64,000 bases of DNA from positions 868,001-932,000 of the forward strand of contig RDEW01000014.1 in NCBI GenBank assembly GCA_011109175.1. Direction: 5' to 3'. A program made the translations under genes and the position numbers. The notes under the pieces were generated by a model. That model saw only the letters and a list, made by a program, of their open reading frames with translations. It was not told where the DNA came from and did not search any database. Positions 23,232-36,463 of the stretch are shown piece after piece (within the stretch, counting starts at the first letter, position 1; every line of letters begins with the position of its first letter). The DNA comes from Dicyema japonicum (Eukaryota > Animalia > Dicyemida).

Positions 23232-25690
23232 TCATTATTATTATAAGCACTTATCGCTATGTCGTAGGACTTGACAAAGTATGTGCAACAAGACTTAACA
23301 AGTCACTAGTTAATTTCATCCACTTCCTCCTATTCAAAACCGCAGTGCGTAACCAGTCAAGATCCTCTCCACTTCCAAGATGCCGTCCCATTCTTTGAAG
23401 TCCTCGTCGAGAACGACTGGCAGTGTCGTCTTTGGGCGACCACGGAAACGGGGGGCTACCAACATGAAGTAATCCTTCCATGGCTACGTTCACGAGGGCA
23501 TCTACGTCCAGTCGCAGAATATGGCCGTAAAGCCTCCATCGTGTATCCAGAATTTCATTTGAAACTTCTGATGTCTTCGTTCTTTTATAGAGAAGATTAG
23601 ATGACATCCTCGTATCACTTCTTTCGAACATCATATGCCGTAGTTGGCCTCTATGAAATGCATTAAGCCTCTTCAGTCCATTTCTTGAGCAGGCCCAGGT
23701 ACCAGCGTTATACAGTAGTATGGGTTTCACTAGCGAGTTGTATAATCGAGTGTTTGTTATAATGTCAAGGCCTTTTTAGTGGAGCCATGTGTTCTTCAGT
23801 CTGGAAAGGGCAGTTTGTGCTAAGGTTTTCCTTTTTGTAATGTCTTCATGGTCTCCTAGGAAGGAGCCAAGTTTTTTGCACTTGCGGCAGTGCTCCTCCG
23901 TCCTGTTTCTTCCTTCTTGAGTTCAGTTACCTCATTCTTGTTCGGATTTACTGTTAGGAACCATTCAGCTTGTCTTCCAGGCACTTCTTCCAACAAACAG
24001 GTGAGTGATATTTTGTCATTTGAAATAAAGTCTATGTCGTCAGCATATGCAACAATGTTTGTCTTTTCACCCAGTATCGGTTTCGATTCTCGTAGAGCAG
24101 CTTCAAGGTAAAGAATAGGGATAATGGGTCTCCCTGTGGAGTGCCAACAGTCGTCTCAAATCGGTGAGACAAGGCTCCTCCGACTCTTACAGTGAGCCAA
24201 GTATCAGTTAGGAGGGTGGTGGCCATTCTGACAGTGGAAGCGTTTAGGAAACTCCCCAGAACCAGTATTAGCCTCTGTCTGTTGACAGAGTCGAAGGCCC
24301 TCGAAATGTCGATTCCGAAGATGGTTGTAGACATTTTGAACGGCCGCAGATCTCCACTTGTGGGACCACAAAACATCCGAAGTAGATCTTTTTTTTCGGA
24401 ATCCGCTGTGGTATAGCGACAGAAAAGTATCTAGGCGTCCTTCAATCCATTGTAATGTTATGTTCGCCAGAATTTTCCCAAGTGAATTCATTAATATGAC
24501 TGGACGGAGGTTCTCCACCTTAGCTCTTGGTTTATTCGCCTTCTGTACCGGTATCAAGATACCCTCTCCCAAGGTCAGCGCCGTGACCGCAATAGTACAT
24601 TTCATCCAGGATCCTAGCGATGCATTAATGCAGCTTTTGGGTTCCATATTTGAAGAATTCACCACCAAGTCCGTCGGGGTCAGAAATCCTGTTGTTTTTC
24701 AACTTGGAACTCGCAAGTTCAATTTCATATGGTGTGATTTCTTCATCCAATTTTTCCTCGTTCTAGGATGATAGTTAGTCCCTTGGATTGAAAAGTTTTC
24801 CAAAGTGGGCAGCGATAATTTCCGCCACTTCACTTTGGTCCACAATCTGCTTTCCTTTGTCATCTCTTATCATTATCGGTTGAGGGAGTCTCTTTCCTTT
24901 TATCTGTTTAACAGCCTCTTAGAATTTAGCGTTGTCCTAGAAATTCTATCATCTTAATCTGGTCCAGTGCTCTATTTCTGTTATGCTGACGTATAATTTT
25001 TCTTATTTTTACTTTGATAGTTTTTCTTTCTAGTTGCAATTTTGATTTTACGTTCGAATCGTCAGTATTTTAATATAGCATCCATATGGTCTTCTGCTTA
25101 TTGGCAAGGTCCTTCACAGTACATGTCATTGTGCGATGGGATTTTCTCATCGACTGCTTTACAAAATCCCAGGATTTTCCGGGCGGCAAATCTGTAAGCA
25201 TGTTTTCTAGTTCTGCATCCAAATATTCTTTGAATGCTAGGGCCCCTTCTGATTGACTGATTAAGGATTCCAAATTATAACATATAAAGTTGGGTTCAGT
25301 GGTTCCAAAGTGTTTCTATTTCGTTATTTGTAATATCATAAATCTCTTTAGAGAAAATCTAGCAATAACCATTTTGTGGTCGCTGTCGATAATCGATCCA
25401 CCATAAGCTCGTGCATCAAGTATAATCCTTTGATTTTTCTGTCTGCAGATGATGTAGTCAATTTTGTTGTATATGTTGATTATTCGCCCTTCAGAATTTG
25501 TTGTATATCCTGACCACGTTGATTTATGTCTGACTGGATGCATGAAGGCTGTATTGCATAAAAATAGGTTGTTCGTTTGACAGAAGTTAGCTAGTAGGGT
25601 TCCCGGGAGATTTCTTTTCCCCCTACCGTGCCTTCCCATGAATCTTTTCCGTTGTAACTTGGGTGCCAGCTGATATATCATTCATAAGGA
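23232..25690 (-). mobile_element. RTE-clade LINE, near-complete ORF2 but broken
   Basis: NKIDYIICRQ endonuclease, NLRPVILMN, IDISRAFDSV, GTPQGDPLS, YADD, KPILLYNAGTW; (TAA)n tail at 23232-23243. Confidence 0.9.
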
Positions 25691-25741
25691 AAATTTTTAA
25701 ATTTCTATTTTTGTAATAATAATTTGTACACCGTAAATTTA

Positions 25742-25967
25742 ATGATGATTAACTGGGGACTGATCTCTGGAACAGTATCGTTCTTCGGCATATTTAGTAA
25801 GCTAATGTCACCTCCTAATAGTGCCTACAATTGGAACACTCATATCTATTTTTGGACCTCAAGTTGATGTTGACTACTCCGTTAAAATGGCACGAGCCAA
25901 CTTGGAAGCCAATTACTACCCATGTCTATATGGAATACTCAGAATAAACGACAGACTGATAAACTAG
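25742..25967 (+). CDS. Small spliced ORF of unknown function
   Basis: Typical 25-nt GTAAG..TAG intron (about 25797-25821) joins MMINWGLISGTVSFFGIF to MPTIGTLISIFGPQ.. Confidence 0.3.
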
Positions 25968-26749
25968 TGAAAACTGGGATAAATATAAAAATATAAATTT
26001 ACCACAAAAATTCTTTGTTGGATCCTTAGACTCCTTTGTTGGCAGTGACGGGCCGGGGATTTATATTTAAACTGTCAAGAAAAGCAATTAAATATCAACA
26101 ATTTGCTATTTCAATGATGATAATTTAATTAATGGTGTAATGGAAGACAGAGCGAGTTTTGCTTGTAAAACAAAATTTTTATTTTTTTTCAATTTTCTGT
26201 GATAATAAATATAACAGTTAAACCCTTAATATTCCTTAAGAAGAAATGATCCCTGAGGATAGCCCTTACTTTACTCAAGTAGAGAAGATTCCCCGTAACA
26301 AACTAAATGCCCTAAAACACTAATTTTCGTGGATGGTTGGTACAGAAATCTAGTCAGTGATATGATATATAGATTTAAATTGGGACGTCATATATTCAGA
26401 ATAGGTCTCAAAAGAGAAGTTAATCTTTAATATCACACAAGAAACCTGAAAATCAAGGTATAACGTAAAACGTGGCTATAATTACAGAGAAATTTTTGTG
26501 ATTCCAGTGCCAGGCAGGCACGAAAAAAGATCATTTGCTCTCCCCCACTCCACTGGAGGGGTTTCCACAACTGCATTTAATGGACGTCTTGCCTTTTATG
26601 CTGATTCCGGATGGACTCTGTAGAAGTGGAAACTGGATACACTTAATTAGTTGTTTACTTTAACTTCTTTCTCGGTGTATCCGGGGTTATTAAATGTTAA
26701 ATGACAACAAACCAGGTGAGAATATCCAATGATCTCAGTGGCCATAACT

Positions 26750-27260
26750 AATACTTTTTAAAAGTTAAAACAAATATTTAATGGATAATGACAAATTACT
26801 TGTTCGTTAAAGCAGAGTAACGTGTCAAATGTGACTCCGAGAATTTTAGGATATTTAACCACTGGAAAAAGTTTGTTGTTAAGGTATATATTAGGACTGT
26901 AGTTGAATTGTCTACGGTCTGTTATAAATATTGTTGTTGGGGATTTCGATGTGGATGAAGACAAAATAAATTCAAAAGTGTTTGGACATTTTTAGGCCAA
27001 TTGAACATTTTTATCCCTTGATGAAATTATAAGGTCATCGGCTTATGATAGGAATGTTTTCTGAGTCATGGGAACGTCGCTGATATAGAGACTAAAAGTG
27101 GGGGTGAAAGAACAGATGTCTGAGAACACTGTTGGGAATGTAGCAAAATCGGGACATTTGGGTGTGAAATAGTCAAGCATAGAGCTATCCGATGATTGCA
27201 ATGAGTCAGCTATAATTCGACAATCAGTAGTCTGGAAATTAGCTTGTTTCAAGGAATATA
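26750..27260 (-). mobile_element. LINE RT fragment
   Basis: YPKILGVTFDTLLCF; SPTLFSLYISDVP-like segment. Confidence 0.7.
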
Positions 27261-27904
27261 AACTCTAATCGGACGTTCAAAGGGAACGGGGTTAAGGAGA
27301 GGGTAGCTCAATGAGCAACACATCAATAAAATTCTGTGTTGATGGCTTTTGACAGCAACTCACCCAAAATCAGCTTTACAAAATTCGAAACTCTTAAAAA
27401 GAAGAAATACGAAACCCTTAGAGGAAAGGTTATCTTAAATCCTTGGGATCTTCTGATCTAACTCGCTAATCCTCTGCACACACTGTCGTTGATAGCAAAA
27501 AGTAGATGGGACAATCGAGAATAAGTTTTTATTTAAAACAAAAAATCACAAAAATATGATGGAATACACACCCTTCAGGTAATCCCGGTTTCCTTAGGCA
27601 CCCATCTCACATTTCCTCGATGTTCTTCTTGAGATCCGAGAGTTCATGTACGCTCGTGTTACTTTTGGAAACTTTGGAAGTGTCATGAGAATAGGTATGA
27701 TGATATTAGTTTGCAAAGGGCTTCCAAAAGAAAGTTATCTCGTTGTCGCATCCTCAACACCTTGGAAATCTTCCATGTTAGATTCCTTTAGAAGGCGATT
27801 TTTAAAGGAGAGCTAGTCGTCTGCATTTTCAAGTTTCTTCATTAGAGTTTCAAGATCGGTGAATATTACGAGACAATTATAACGAAAATTTTTTTGTCTT
27901 TTTT

Positions 27905-27964
27905 GGAATGGCCATTCTCCGAGGGAACTCGTTTGCGATCCACGCAGCCGGCTTCCTCAACTAA
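27905..27964 (+). mobile_element. Very short CRE 3' stub
   Basis: Nearly identical to 13495-13553 (GMAILRGNSFAIHAAGFLN-stop). Confidence 0.8.
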
Positions 27965-28064
27965 CATTTGTTTCTTTGTTGAATAATTTATATTAAAAAA
28001 AATTTAAATCAATTAAGAATAAAATGTCAATTGAAGCCAAAGGGTTCCATTATTACTTGAGGCT

Positions 28065-28430
28065 TGAGCACAAATGGTAGTTACCCCTTATGATCAAGAC
28101 CCAATGTCTGAAAGAACCGTCTTTTAATTCTTGGTTCTCTCTTCCAACAAGCCACCCGATCGGCCTGATAAACTTTGACGTGGTGGGGCCAAGGACGCGA
28201 GACGTCCAACGAAAATCGGCTGGAAAGCGAACTGATCCCCAATACTAGTATATTTCTTCCACTTTGAATCTTCATCAGTACTCGCTGTGGAACAAGAGCA
28301 CAACGATGACTTGAACAAATTTACGTCTGAGAAAGTATCACTGTGAGTCTCAAACAAGATAGTTTCCTTGATTCCTGTCATCCGGTCTCTTGCCATAACC
28401 TCTGTCAAGGGTTCTAGGTAAATTCATCGC
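28065..28430 (-). mobile_element. CRE RLE C-terminal fragment
   Basis: KWKKYTSIGDQFAFQPIFV..IIRGN. Confidence 0.7.
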
Positions 28431-29599
28431 CGGTTAATTCAAGCGACCACGTGGGTTCTTGAAAGAAGAGGTCGAAATTTTGATTTTTTATGCTATTATT
28501 AAAATGTGATTTTGGAGATTAATTTGACGATATGAGTCACGTGGCCAGATCCCCAAGATAGAAAAAATTTGAAAACCTCAATTCTCCAAATAGTGTTAAA
28601 TTTTAATCAACGATGTGCACCACACGTGTGTGTATTGGTTAAAGTGATAGAAAAATTATTGATTATCTTACTGATTATTGATTAATAATAAAGGTCAAAC
28701 TTTAAATGAATATTTATGATAATATAATTTTTAGAAAACAAGTTTATGACAATTATTAACAAAACATTGTGTTAATTTCTAAAATGCTAAATTATAGGCA
28801 ATGCCTTTTAAAAAGAAACACAATTACATGCAACCATTACTCTTGTGTTTAAGATAGAGATGAATACTGTGTTCAGCACTAAAGAGAAAACTGGCCAATT
28901 TATGGTTCAATTGTCGTAGTATATAGATGAATACTGACAGAGTTATTTATTTTATTATTTGTTAGCCACAGGCGTACAATCTTTGGTAAGCCTAGCAAAA
29001 ACAGTTATTGATAATTAATCCAAAGAGGGAGCGCAAAAGAGAACGTCTGCTTGTGACAACTAAATTAATCCCCCAATAATATATGGCAGGCATATGTCAA
29101 CTACTGAAGAGAGGTAAAAAAATAGGTCCTCTCTCTTCAATTTTCATAGGTCCTACCGTCACGGATACGTGACTCCTATTGCCGAATAATCTCCAAAATC
29201 GCGGAGATGTGTTAGTGTATTTTTTTGACTTGGTTTTATAGGGAGGTTGCTGGAAAATCTTTACCAGTTCACGAAACAGGTATGCTCTGGTAGGAATTAT
29301 CATACCAAAGTTCTTTGTGTGGTTCAGGAAGTGCCAAGGGTGGTCTGCTTCCGTGGTTTCAATTAAGAATTGGAGGTTCCTCATGCAGAAGTGACCACGA
29401 ATAGTGTTTTTAATTAAAAAAAATTAATCAATCAATTAAATACTTCCTTATTTTCGAGTTCGCGTATCCTATGACTTCTAAGTCCAAGAAGGGGGACGTT
29501 GCATCCATACTGAGGTGACTAAGTGTAGGTGAGTGGCGTCATAGTACACCGAGCTGCATTCCCACTTTAATCACATCAGTATAGAAAGTTTGGACAAAG

Positions 29600-30057
29600 A
29601 CTATTTGTCATAATTTGCACGTGTAGAGTTATATCATAATTTTAATTGCTTCTAATATTAATTCTGGCAGACATAAACAATGTATGCAGAAAACCGCCAA
29701 CATAGTCATCGGTCATAATTCCGAGTCTATAGCTCTTGAAGCAATTCTCGAACCAAGAAAATTTCCAGAGGCCAAACTCCCAAATAACACTATCTAAAAT
29801 ATTTCAATAACTCCTCAAAATCTTAGATATTTCGATAACTTACCAAAATCCACTGCTACGGAGTCCTTCAACGACACACAACTCCGTCCGGAACCAAGAT
29901 AAAAGTAAAAGACTTCCATTCCTTGCAGTTGTGGAAAACTATCCAGTGGAGAGAGGGAGAACAGATGATCCTTTTTTGTACGACCTGAGACAGATGGATC
30001 ACATGACTCCACTTTAGTAGGAAGAGGAAAAACAGTCAAAAAATCAGAAAACTTCAA
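29600..30057 (-). pseudogene. Unidentified spliced coding fragment with a paralogous piece at 26510-26660 (+)
   Basis: SGRTKKDHLFSLSPLDSFPQL here versus PGRHEK/DHLLSPTPLEGFPQL at 26.5 kb; 22-nt intron gtaagttatcgaaatatctaag. Confidence 0.35.
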
Positions 30058-30220
30058 CCAATTATCCTAAGCTGAAATGAGTAATGGAAACACTACTTAA
30101 GAGCTGATTTATTATCAAATAAAAATATAAATATTATTTACAAAAAAATATTTTTTAAAAATTCAAAATTTTATGATCGGGAAATCGCTTGATCAAGCTC
30201 GAGTAAAATGGTGAACATCT

Positions 30221-30546
30221 TCAAGCAAGGATCGATTGAAAATAATATGGTAGTATAAATTTTTAGTTCCTCTTGAATCTCTTTCTAAAAATTTCACAAA
30301 TTAATACATATTGGATACATAAATCTCTTTTAAGTTGAAGAAGGGGGGAATCTATGTATTAGTCTCATTTACACCGAAATAATCACTATCAATCAAGGGC
30401 GTCATATATAGAACTAGGGAGACGTCGTTTATTTCCTCAAGTGTTCTCTCCGCCATTTTACTCAATGATTTTATATTACTTTCAAGTTTTCTAATTTGGG
30501 CTATTATTTCCCTGGGGTTAACATTCCCTTCAATTTGTTCGCTCAT
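30221..30546 (-). CDS. Small (about 88 aa) helical/coiled-coil protein of unknown function
   Basis: ATG 30546; introns of 23 nt (gtgtaaatgagactaatacatag) and about 34 nt restore a frame ending LFQSILA-stop. Confidence 0.5.
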
Positions 30547-30879
30547 TTTAGAACGGCAAAGTACTTCCCCCTATTTATACGACAGAAAATGACGGCATAT
30601 TTGAATAGCCGCGGATCCGATGCTAATTAAGATTATTTAATATCAGGAAGTACCTGAACACTAATTAATGGGGTTTATTATAATGAGAAACCGCACTTTG
30701 AAATACCCCCACTTATGTCGCAAGTGACCCATGATGCAACATATCCAATTGGTGTTGTTCCCCTCTTATAGCATGCTGTTATGTTGGATTAAAAATCGAT
30801 ATAAGTGAGTAGTTACTAAAAATAAAATCTTTAAATGGGCAATAACTTTAAATAATTTATTATTTCCTGATTTTAAGAA

Positions 30880-31230
30880 ACATTGCCTTATGTCAAACGG
30901 AAACTACGATGTAGTCGTGGATCCGGAGGAAGATGGAAACCCACTTATCGGATTCCTCTGCAGGAATGAGAGAAGGCACCTTCTTTCGGTAGTGGGACAA
31001 TGAATGACCGCAGTTGTTGGGTGGCACATTTGATTGCGGTAACTGGGATCACTTAACTGTCTGAATTATTTCTCTCCTTTTTCCTGATGATCCCAGGATT
31101 CTAGATAAATGTCGATCTAAAAGGCGTTGGTAAAAACTTGAGGAAATCGATGATCCGAAAGAACTGAGAAGAAAAAGAGGACCTTGGATAAAAGTGGCGA
31201 AGAAAGTAGTCATCGCGGCAAAAAATAAAT
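30880..31230 (+). mobile_element. LINE 3' end (VTGIT-stop at 31056) followed by an RTE 3' end
   Basis: GGGATCACTTAA; then LPDDPRILDK..RGPWIKVAKKV resembling the RTE C-terminus. Confidence 0.55.
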
Positions 31231-31697
31231 CTTAATTGATTTAATACCTATTTGATGAATTTTATATTTACACGTGTTAAGTGACTCAGTAAATAATTAA
31301 CTTTAAGTGAACGTCTGATAGCAGCGCGAACTTACAGGAAGTGCATGGGATCCAGAGAGAAACAACAGGAGAAAATGAGATGGTTGCTGAGATATGCCGG
31401 GTGCATTCTTCCTTAATTAAATGGGTATCTTTAGACTTAAATTAAATTATCATTTTTATGATGATGAAGGTAGAAATAAAAATGAAATTGAGAAAAGTAC
31501 TTATAAGAAGTAAATGGAAATAGTTATGCTTAGACGGGAACACCAAAAGGAACCACGGAAAGTTTGTTCCTTGATAGACCGGACGTGTCCATTTGGGAGT
31601 AAGATCAATGAAAATTTGATAATATTATTATACTGGGTAACTAGATTATTATTATTATTTAAGCCAAAGAAACACCGTCTTAACCAATAACTAATAT

Positions 31698-32040
31698 TCA
31701 GGTGATCCCGGCATCTCTCAGTAATCGGGCCATTTTTTCTCGATGCTCCGACCGTGATCCCACGCATTTTCTATACGGACGGGGGTCTTTTTCCTTTCCT
31801 CTTCTGAAATTGCCTCCAGTTGCCTCTATGATAGACTCGAGTGCTCTGGGGGCAATTTCTTTAGCTGTATATTTTTCCAGTAATTTTTTTGCTCTTGACT
31901 GGATCTCTTGAATTTTTGTTTGGTTCGTTGCCGACAGGTTAGATCCCCATGCAGCACATGCATAGCCGATTGTTGGCTCGACATACTGCTTGTAGAGGGT
32001 CCCGATACCTGGCGGATAAATTCCTCCACAATTACAAAGG
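31698..32040 (-). mobile_element. LINE 3' end (GIT-stop family)
   Basis: EHREKMARLLRDAGIT-stop. Confidence 0.7.
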
Positions 32041-32049
32041 AAGGCCTTT

Positions 32050-33080
32050 ACAAAATTGATCTTCTTTGCACAGATTGATATGATGATTCCACATGGGCTG
32101 AGAAGCAGAGGAAAGTATCAAAAGTTACTCCCAGTTTCTTCTGCGATTTCTTTTGTGGTATAGGTACTCCATTTAACGTGACATCAATTGTTTGCGTTCC
32201 ATTTTTCTATTCTTAGTAAATAGAGTGACTGCTGACATTTCGGAACATGCATTTAATCAATTTTTGCACAACCATCCATATATGTTATTTAGTATTCCTT
32301 GTAGTCTTTCTTTAGCATTTTCGATATTTACGTCCCTACATGCAACAACTATGTCATCGGCATAGGAAAGTAGCATGTCATTATTATTCATAGGTACGGG
32401 GAGATCATTCAAAAATAAATTAAAAAGATTTGTGACAGAGGAGATCCTTGGGGTACACCATTGGGTAATAATCCCTATCTGGAACTCTTGTTTCCTACGG
32501 ACACTTTCCCTCGGATTCCACTTACGAAATTTGCTAACCATAACTTTAATGGTGCATCAAATTTTATCAGAAATATATTTCGTTTGAAGATCTTGGGACA
32601 GAGTCGAAAACTTTTTGAATGTCGATCTTACATATGACCGATTTTTCTTGTTTTGGCTTGTTCTTGTGTTTTTCAGTTATGAACTTCATTAATGTCGTTA
32701 GGAGGGAGGTTGTTGATAATCCATCCTTGAAGCTATGTTGGAATGTAAATTGAGAGAGAGAAGGGCGAATAACTTTTAGGACCAGGTCTCCAGGATTCTC
32801 GACAAAACACATATAAGGGAAACTGGTCTGAAAGAGCCGGGATCGTTATTCGGTCTTCCCGGTTTCAATATTGGATGAATTTTTGATAGTTTCCATAAAG
32901 TCGGTATGGTATTTATGTTCAGCGATGTGTTGTAGATGATTGTTAACGTATTTATTGATGGTGGGCCCAAGTGTTTCAGCAGAATAAGAGGAATTCCGTC
33001 TGGGCAACATGAGTTTGTTTTTTTTGATTTGATATTGCTTTGGATACTTCTTTAAGGAGAAAATAAATTAGCGGGGCAAA
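32050..33080 (-). mobile_element. APE-type LINE RT region
   Basis: SFRPVSLICVLSRILE, KIDIQKVFDSV, LSYADDIVV. Confidence 0.85.
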
Positions 33081-33214
33081 TTTGGATGGCTTTCTCTTTA
33101 TTTTCGTTTGTGTGTTAATCTTTTTTATAATTAGGATTATAACTAGAATTTATAAGGGGATGTGAAGATGCGTGAAAATTTTCGAGAAAATTAAAATTTG
33201 ATAATTATTTAAAC

Positions 33215-33600
33215 CCAACTAAGAAAGAAAGGTTAACCCCACTAATTAGGTGATTCCAGCCTCCAGTATCTTAAAAAATATCCTAGAATGTTGCTGCCGG
33301 AAGTGCCTTCTTTGTGTCTTCATATGAATTTATGTTGGAATGTCCATCTTTATGGTCGATCGGAATTCCTCTGCATGAGCCACCTTTTCTCTGAATGGGT
33401 TTTCTAACTCCTTACAGAAACGTAAGAAACCCTGGTCATTTCTCAGCTTTCCCACTTCAGAAGGGAGACTGGTGGTGGATTGCGTCTGAGAGAGTTTATA
33501 CTTCTAAAATTTTGATATCGCTAGTTTTCATTGATGTTTATTCAACTATTTTAAATAAATTGCAAATCCAAGCCCATGCTGCTTTGAATCATGATTAGAC
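33215..33600 (-). mobile_element. LINE 3' end
   Basis: Homologous to 13620-13895 (shared ATGGTCGATCGGAATTCCTCTGCATG); GIT-stop at 33246-33257. Confidence 0.7.
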
Positions 33601-33756
33601 ATATTAGTCTATATTTTCCATGTTTCTTGTCGAGAAATTCTCTTGACTCTTCTCGAGCTTACATCAGTGATTCTACCGTTTTATTGAAGTACCTATGATT
33701 TTTTTATTTATTTAACCAAGACCACGGTAAAACCAAACTAATTAGCACGTGATGAT

Positions 33757-34490
33757 AATCAGATTTATTATTATTATTTTGCAAATATTCTAAAATATTA
33801 GTACTTTTAATAAGCGATATTATTGTCCCTTTTTGGCATAGAAAATCTCCCCGAATAGACGGGTATTGTGATATTGGAGCAGTCTTTATAATTAATAGAA
33901 ACCGCTGCTTGTAAGAAGAATGTCGTATTTTCTGTGGGTTGAGTCACTTATTTTGGATAGAATTTTTTTGTCGTAAAAGTCTCGGCAGATTTTGAATGCT
34001 GTTGAGTTTAAAGGAATGATATCGATTCACCATATCAACCGAAATATTTAGGAACTAAATGAGCTGATGTATTTTTAAAGATTTATGGGCATTTCAATGA
34101 ATTGGCATTCTAGTGAATTTCAAACTACTTTGGACGTTATTCCGTGTTGACTCTTAAAAAAAGAGCGATGAAAGACTCTCACACCAAAATAGTAGACGTT
34201 ACAAATGTTAATAAACCAAAATTATTTTCACAAACTAAGTCGAAATTAAAGGAATAGCACAGAATGCGACACGTGGGAGTTCTAACTGACCTTATGATAT
34301 TGTTGTTGATAATTATTAGTTACATTGAGCCATCCCAGGATAAAACGATAATACTCAGTTTCCAACTGATAATCATCCCCACCCGACGCTTCTTTAGTCC
34401 CAATTAAAGGTTTCCGATAACCCCGAGTCCGTCGTTTGGTTTATCAAACGAAGGTGGAGGTTCTTATTCGCCAACATTTTATGTAATAAA
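33757..34490 (-). pseudogene. Truncated tandem paralog of mucolipin (N-terminal/luminal part)
   Basis: 33757-34058 aligns with 35648-35985 including the same small intron; 14-nt frameshifting deletion after LNS; degenerate NVYYFG matches QVYLYG. Confidence 0.75.
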
Positions 34491-34603
34491 AGTAAGTTAT
34501 TTCACTCGGAAATTTTAAGTAAGTTTAATATTTATAGTGACAATTCATTTGTTGTAGGAAACCTGATTCTAAGAAAATGTTAAATTTTTTAAAATAATAT
34601 AAT

Positions 34604-36463
34604 TTAGTCATCTTCTCTAAGAAAGTCAGAGACTCTGTCAACTTTTGGAACAGAATAACAAGAATCCTATAATAATCAATCAACCAACCTTCGAAGTCTC
34701 ATAAAATTGAACAAAAATAGACTTAAACAACGACAGGACAGCATACATGAAGAAAATTATAAAGATGATGTGGTAAATATCCGAATACAGCTTAACATCG
34801 GGATCAGTTAACAACATTGTCTTCATAATCAAGTCTCCGTTCATTATGCCGAACAAAGTGGTGGCTGTGCTGTACAGAGTCGAAAACTCAGAGTAAACAA
34901 GTTCAGTACCTGGATATTGTAGAGATGGAGGGATACCCAACCGGCAAAAAGAAATCCCATGAATATGATGACCATACATGACATGAACCTGAGCACAGTG
35001 AGTAAGGACAAACGCATAGTCATCACGAGAATCTAAATTTGCATCAAATTATACGTTAAATCCCGAAAATGACTGTAAATATCTGATCAGACCGATCCAA
35101 ATGAAAAAAACGTTGATTCCGTGCACAATCGCAAGTTTTTGATCAAACAATGTCTAATCTAAAAATATAAAGAAGACGCTAAGTGGCATCAAAGTCAGAA
35201 TAGTGACTACGATGTTGCTGACGTCGATTAGAAATATCACAAAGTTCCAACCGTCAAAATAAACCAAAAGTTCTGAAATTGACAGTCTCTCCCCTTTTAT
35301 TCGACTAAAAAGTCTCCGAGTCACCTTCAATAAAGTGATTGACCAACCTTCGCGAGAAAGCATGATTTTAACATTGACCGAAAGCACGTGGTCATCGAAA
35401 TAAGGCTCAGTACTAACACCAGGAAGTGAACCGTCATTTCCGTCGAGCGACTGTATTCCGTCACAACAGTAAACATGAGAAATACCTTGATGAAAATCTT
35501 CATAGAAAGCGGAACTGGAAATTATGTATATTCCGTTCAATCTTTCGCTGAAGAGTTCGATCTACCAGATTACAGTAAACGAAACATTGTAAATTATTTT
35601 TTCCCTCACAAGTCTCTCAAAATTTTGATATTCCATAACAAAAACCGAAATCAGATTTATTATTATTTTGATTGCAAACGTGCTATAATAGAGAATACGA
35701 GTACTTTCGATAAGCAGAATTATTCCTGTAAATGTTGTCCCTTGACATAGAAAATCTCCCCGAATTGACGGGTATTGTGATATTGTAACAGTCTTTAATT
35801 ATAATTTATAGAAACCGCTGCTCGTAAGAAGAGTCTCGTATTCTCCATGGATATGCTCACTTACTTTGGTTAGAATGTCTATGTTGTAAAAGTCTCTGCA
35901 TATTTCGATGGGGAATAAGTGAGTGCTGTTCAGTTTAAAGGAATGATATCGATTCAGCATTTCAGTCGAAATATTTAGGTACTAAAGGAAATTAGGTTAA
36001 TTTATTATATATTTAAATTTAATTAGTTAAATAAAAGTATTAATAAATACCCGATTGACAATAAAATTTATTAGATCCACCATTTCGTGTAAGTTCGTAA
36101 TATATGGGGCATTCTGAATGCACAGATTTGGAGCAGCGTTGTAGTCTTTGATAAAATATCTGTCCAGGCTGGTGGTAAAGATCTTCAACTGATGTTGTTG
36201 TCCATAAAGGTAGACCTTAATAACTCAAAACACCACCTGTGAGGAAATAATCACCACCTTGAGTAGCTGCACAATCATTTTTACTGGATATCTCCGTCTT
36301 TCCTTCCATTTACTAAATGGTCCCTTTAAATAATATAAGGCATGTTTTTTAAAGTTTTTCACGTCACCTGGGAGCAAATCAAAATCTATACATTATTAAT
36401 TAAATTACCTGAGAAAACTAGCTTTCTTAGTGAAATTTGGATCATTGACTCAGTAATTGGCAT
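34604..36463 (-). CDS. MCOLN: Mucolipin (TRPML) channel
   Basis: KWKERRRYPVKMIVQLLKVV (S1), ICRDFY, FDGWNFVIFLID, LRFMSCMVIIFMGFLFAGWVSL (S5), TLFGIMNGDL (pore), S6 IFFMYAVLSLF; multiple 21-23-nt introns plus one of about 69 nt; some luminal exons unresolved. Confidence 0.9.

Noticed and set aside
25742-25967. V-ATPase subunit e (WG.. and FGPQ resemblance)
   Set aside because: The second TM segment between the motifs is missing; similarity too weak
28800-29400. MYND-finger or other gene on the plus strand
   Set aside because: Intron-like blocks are present but no consistent frame or full motif could be built
33716-33765. Recurrent CCAAGACCACGGTAAAACCAAACTAA motif as a spliced-leader RNA gene
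   Set aside because: On the other strand it follows the GIT-stop of LINE ORF2; no Sm site or donor structure seen
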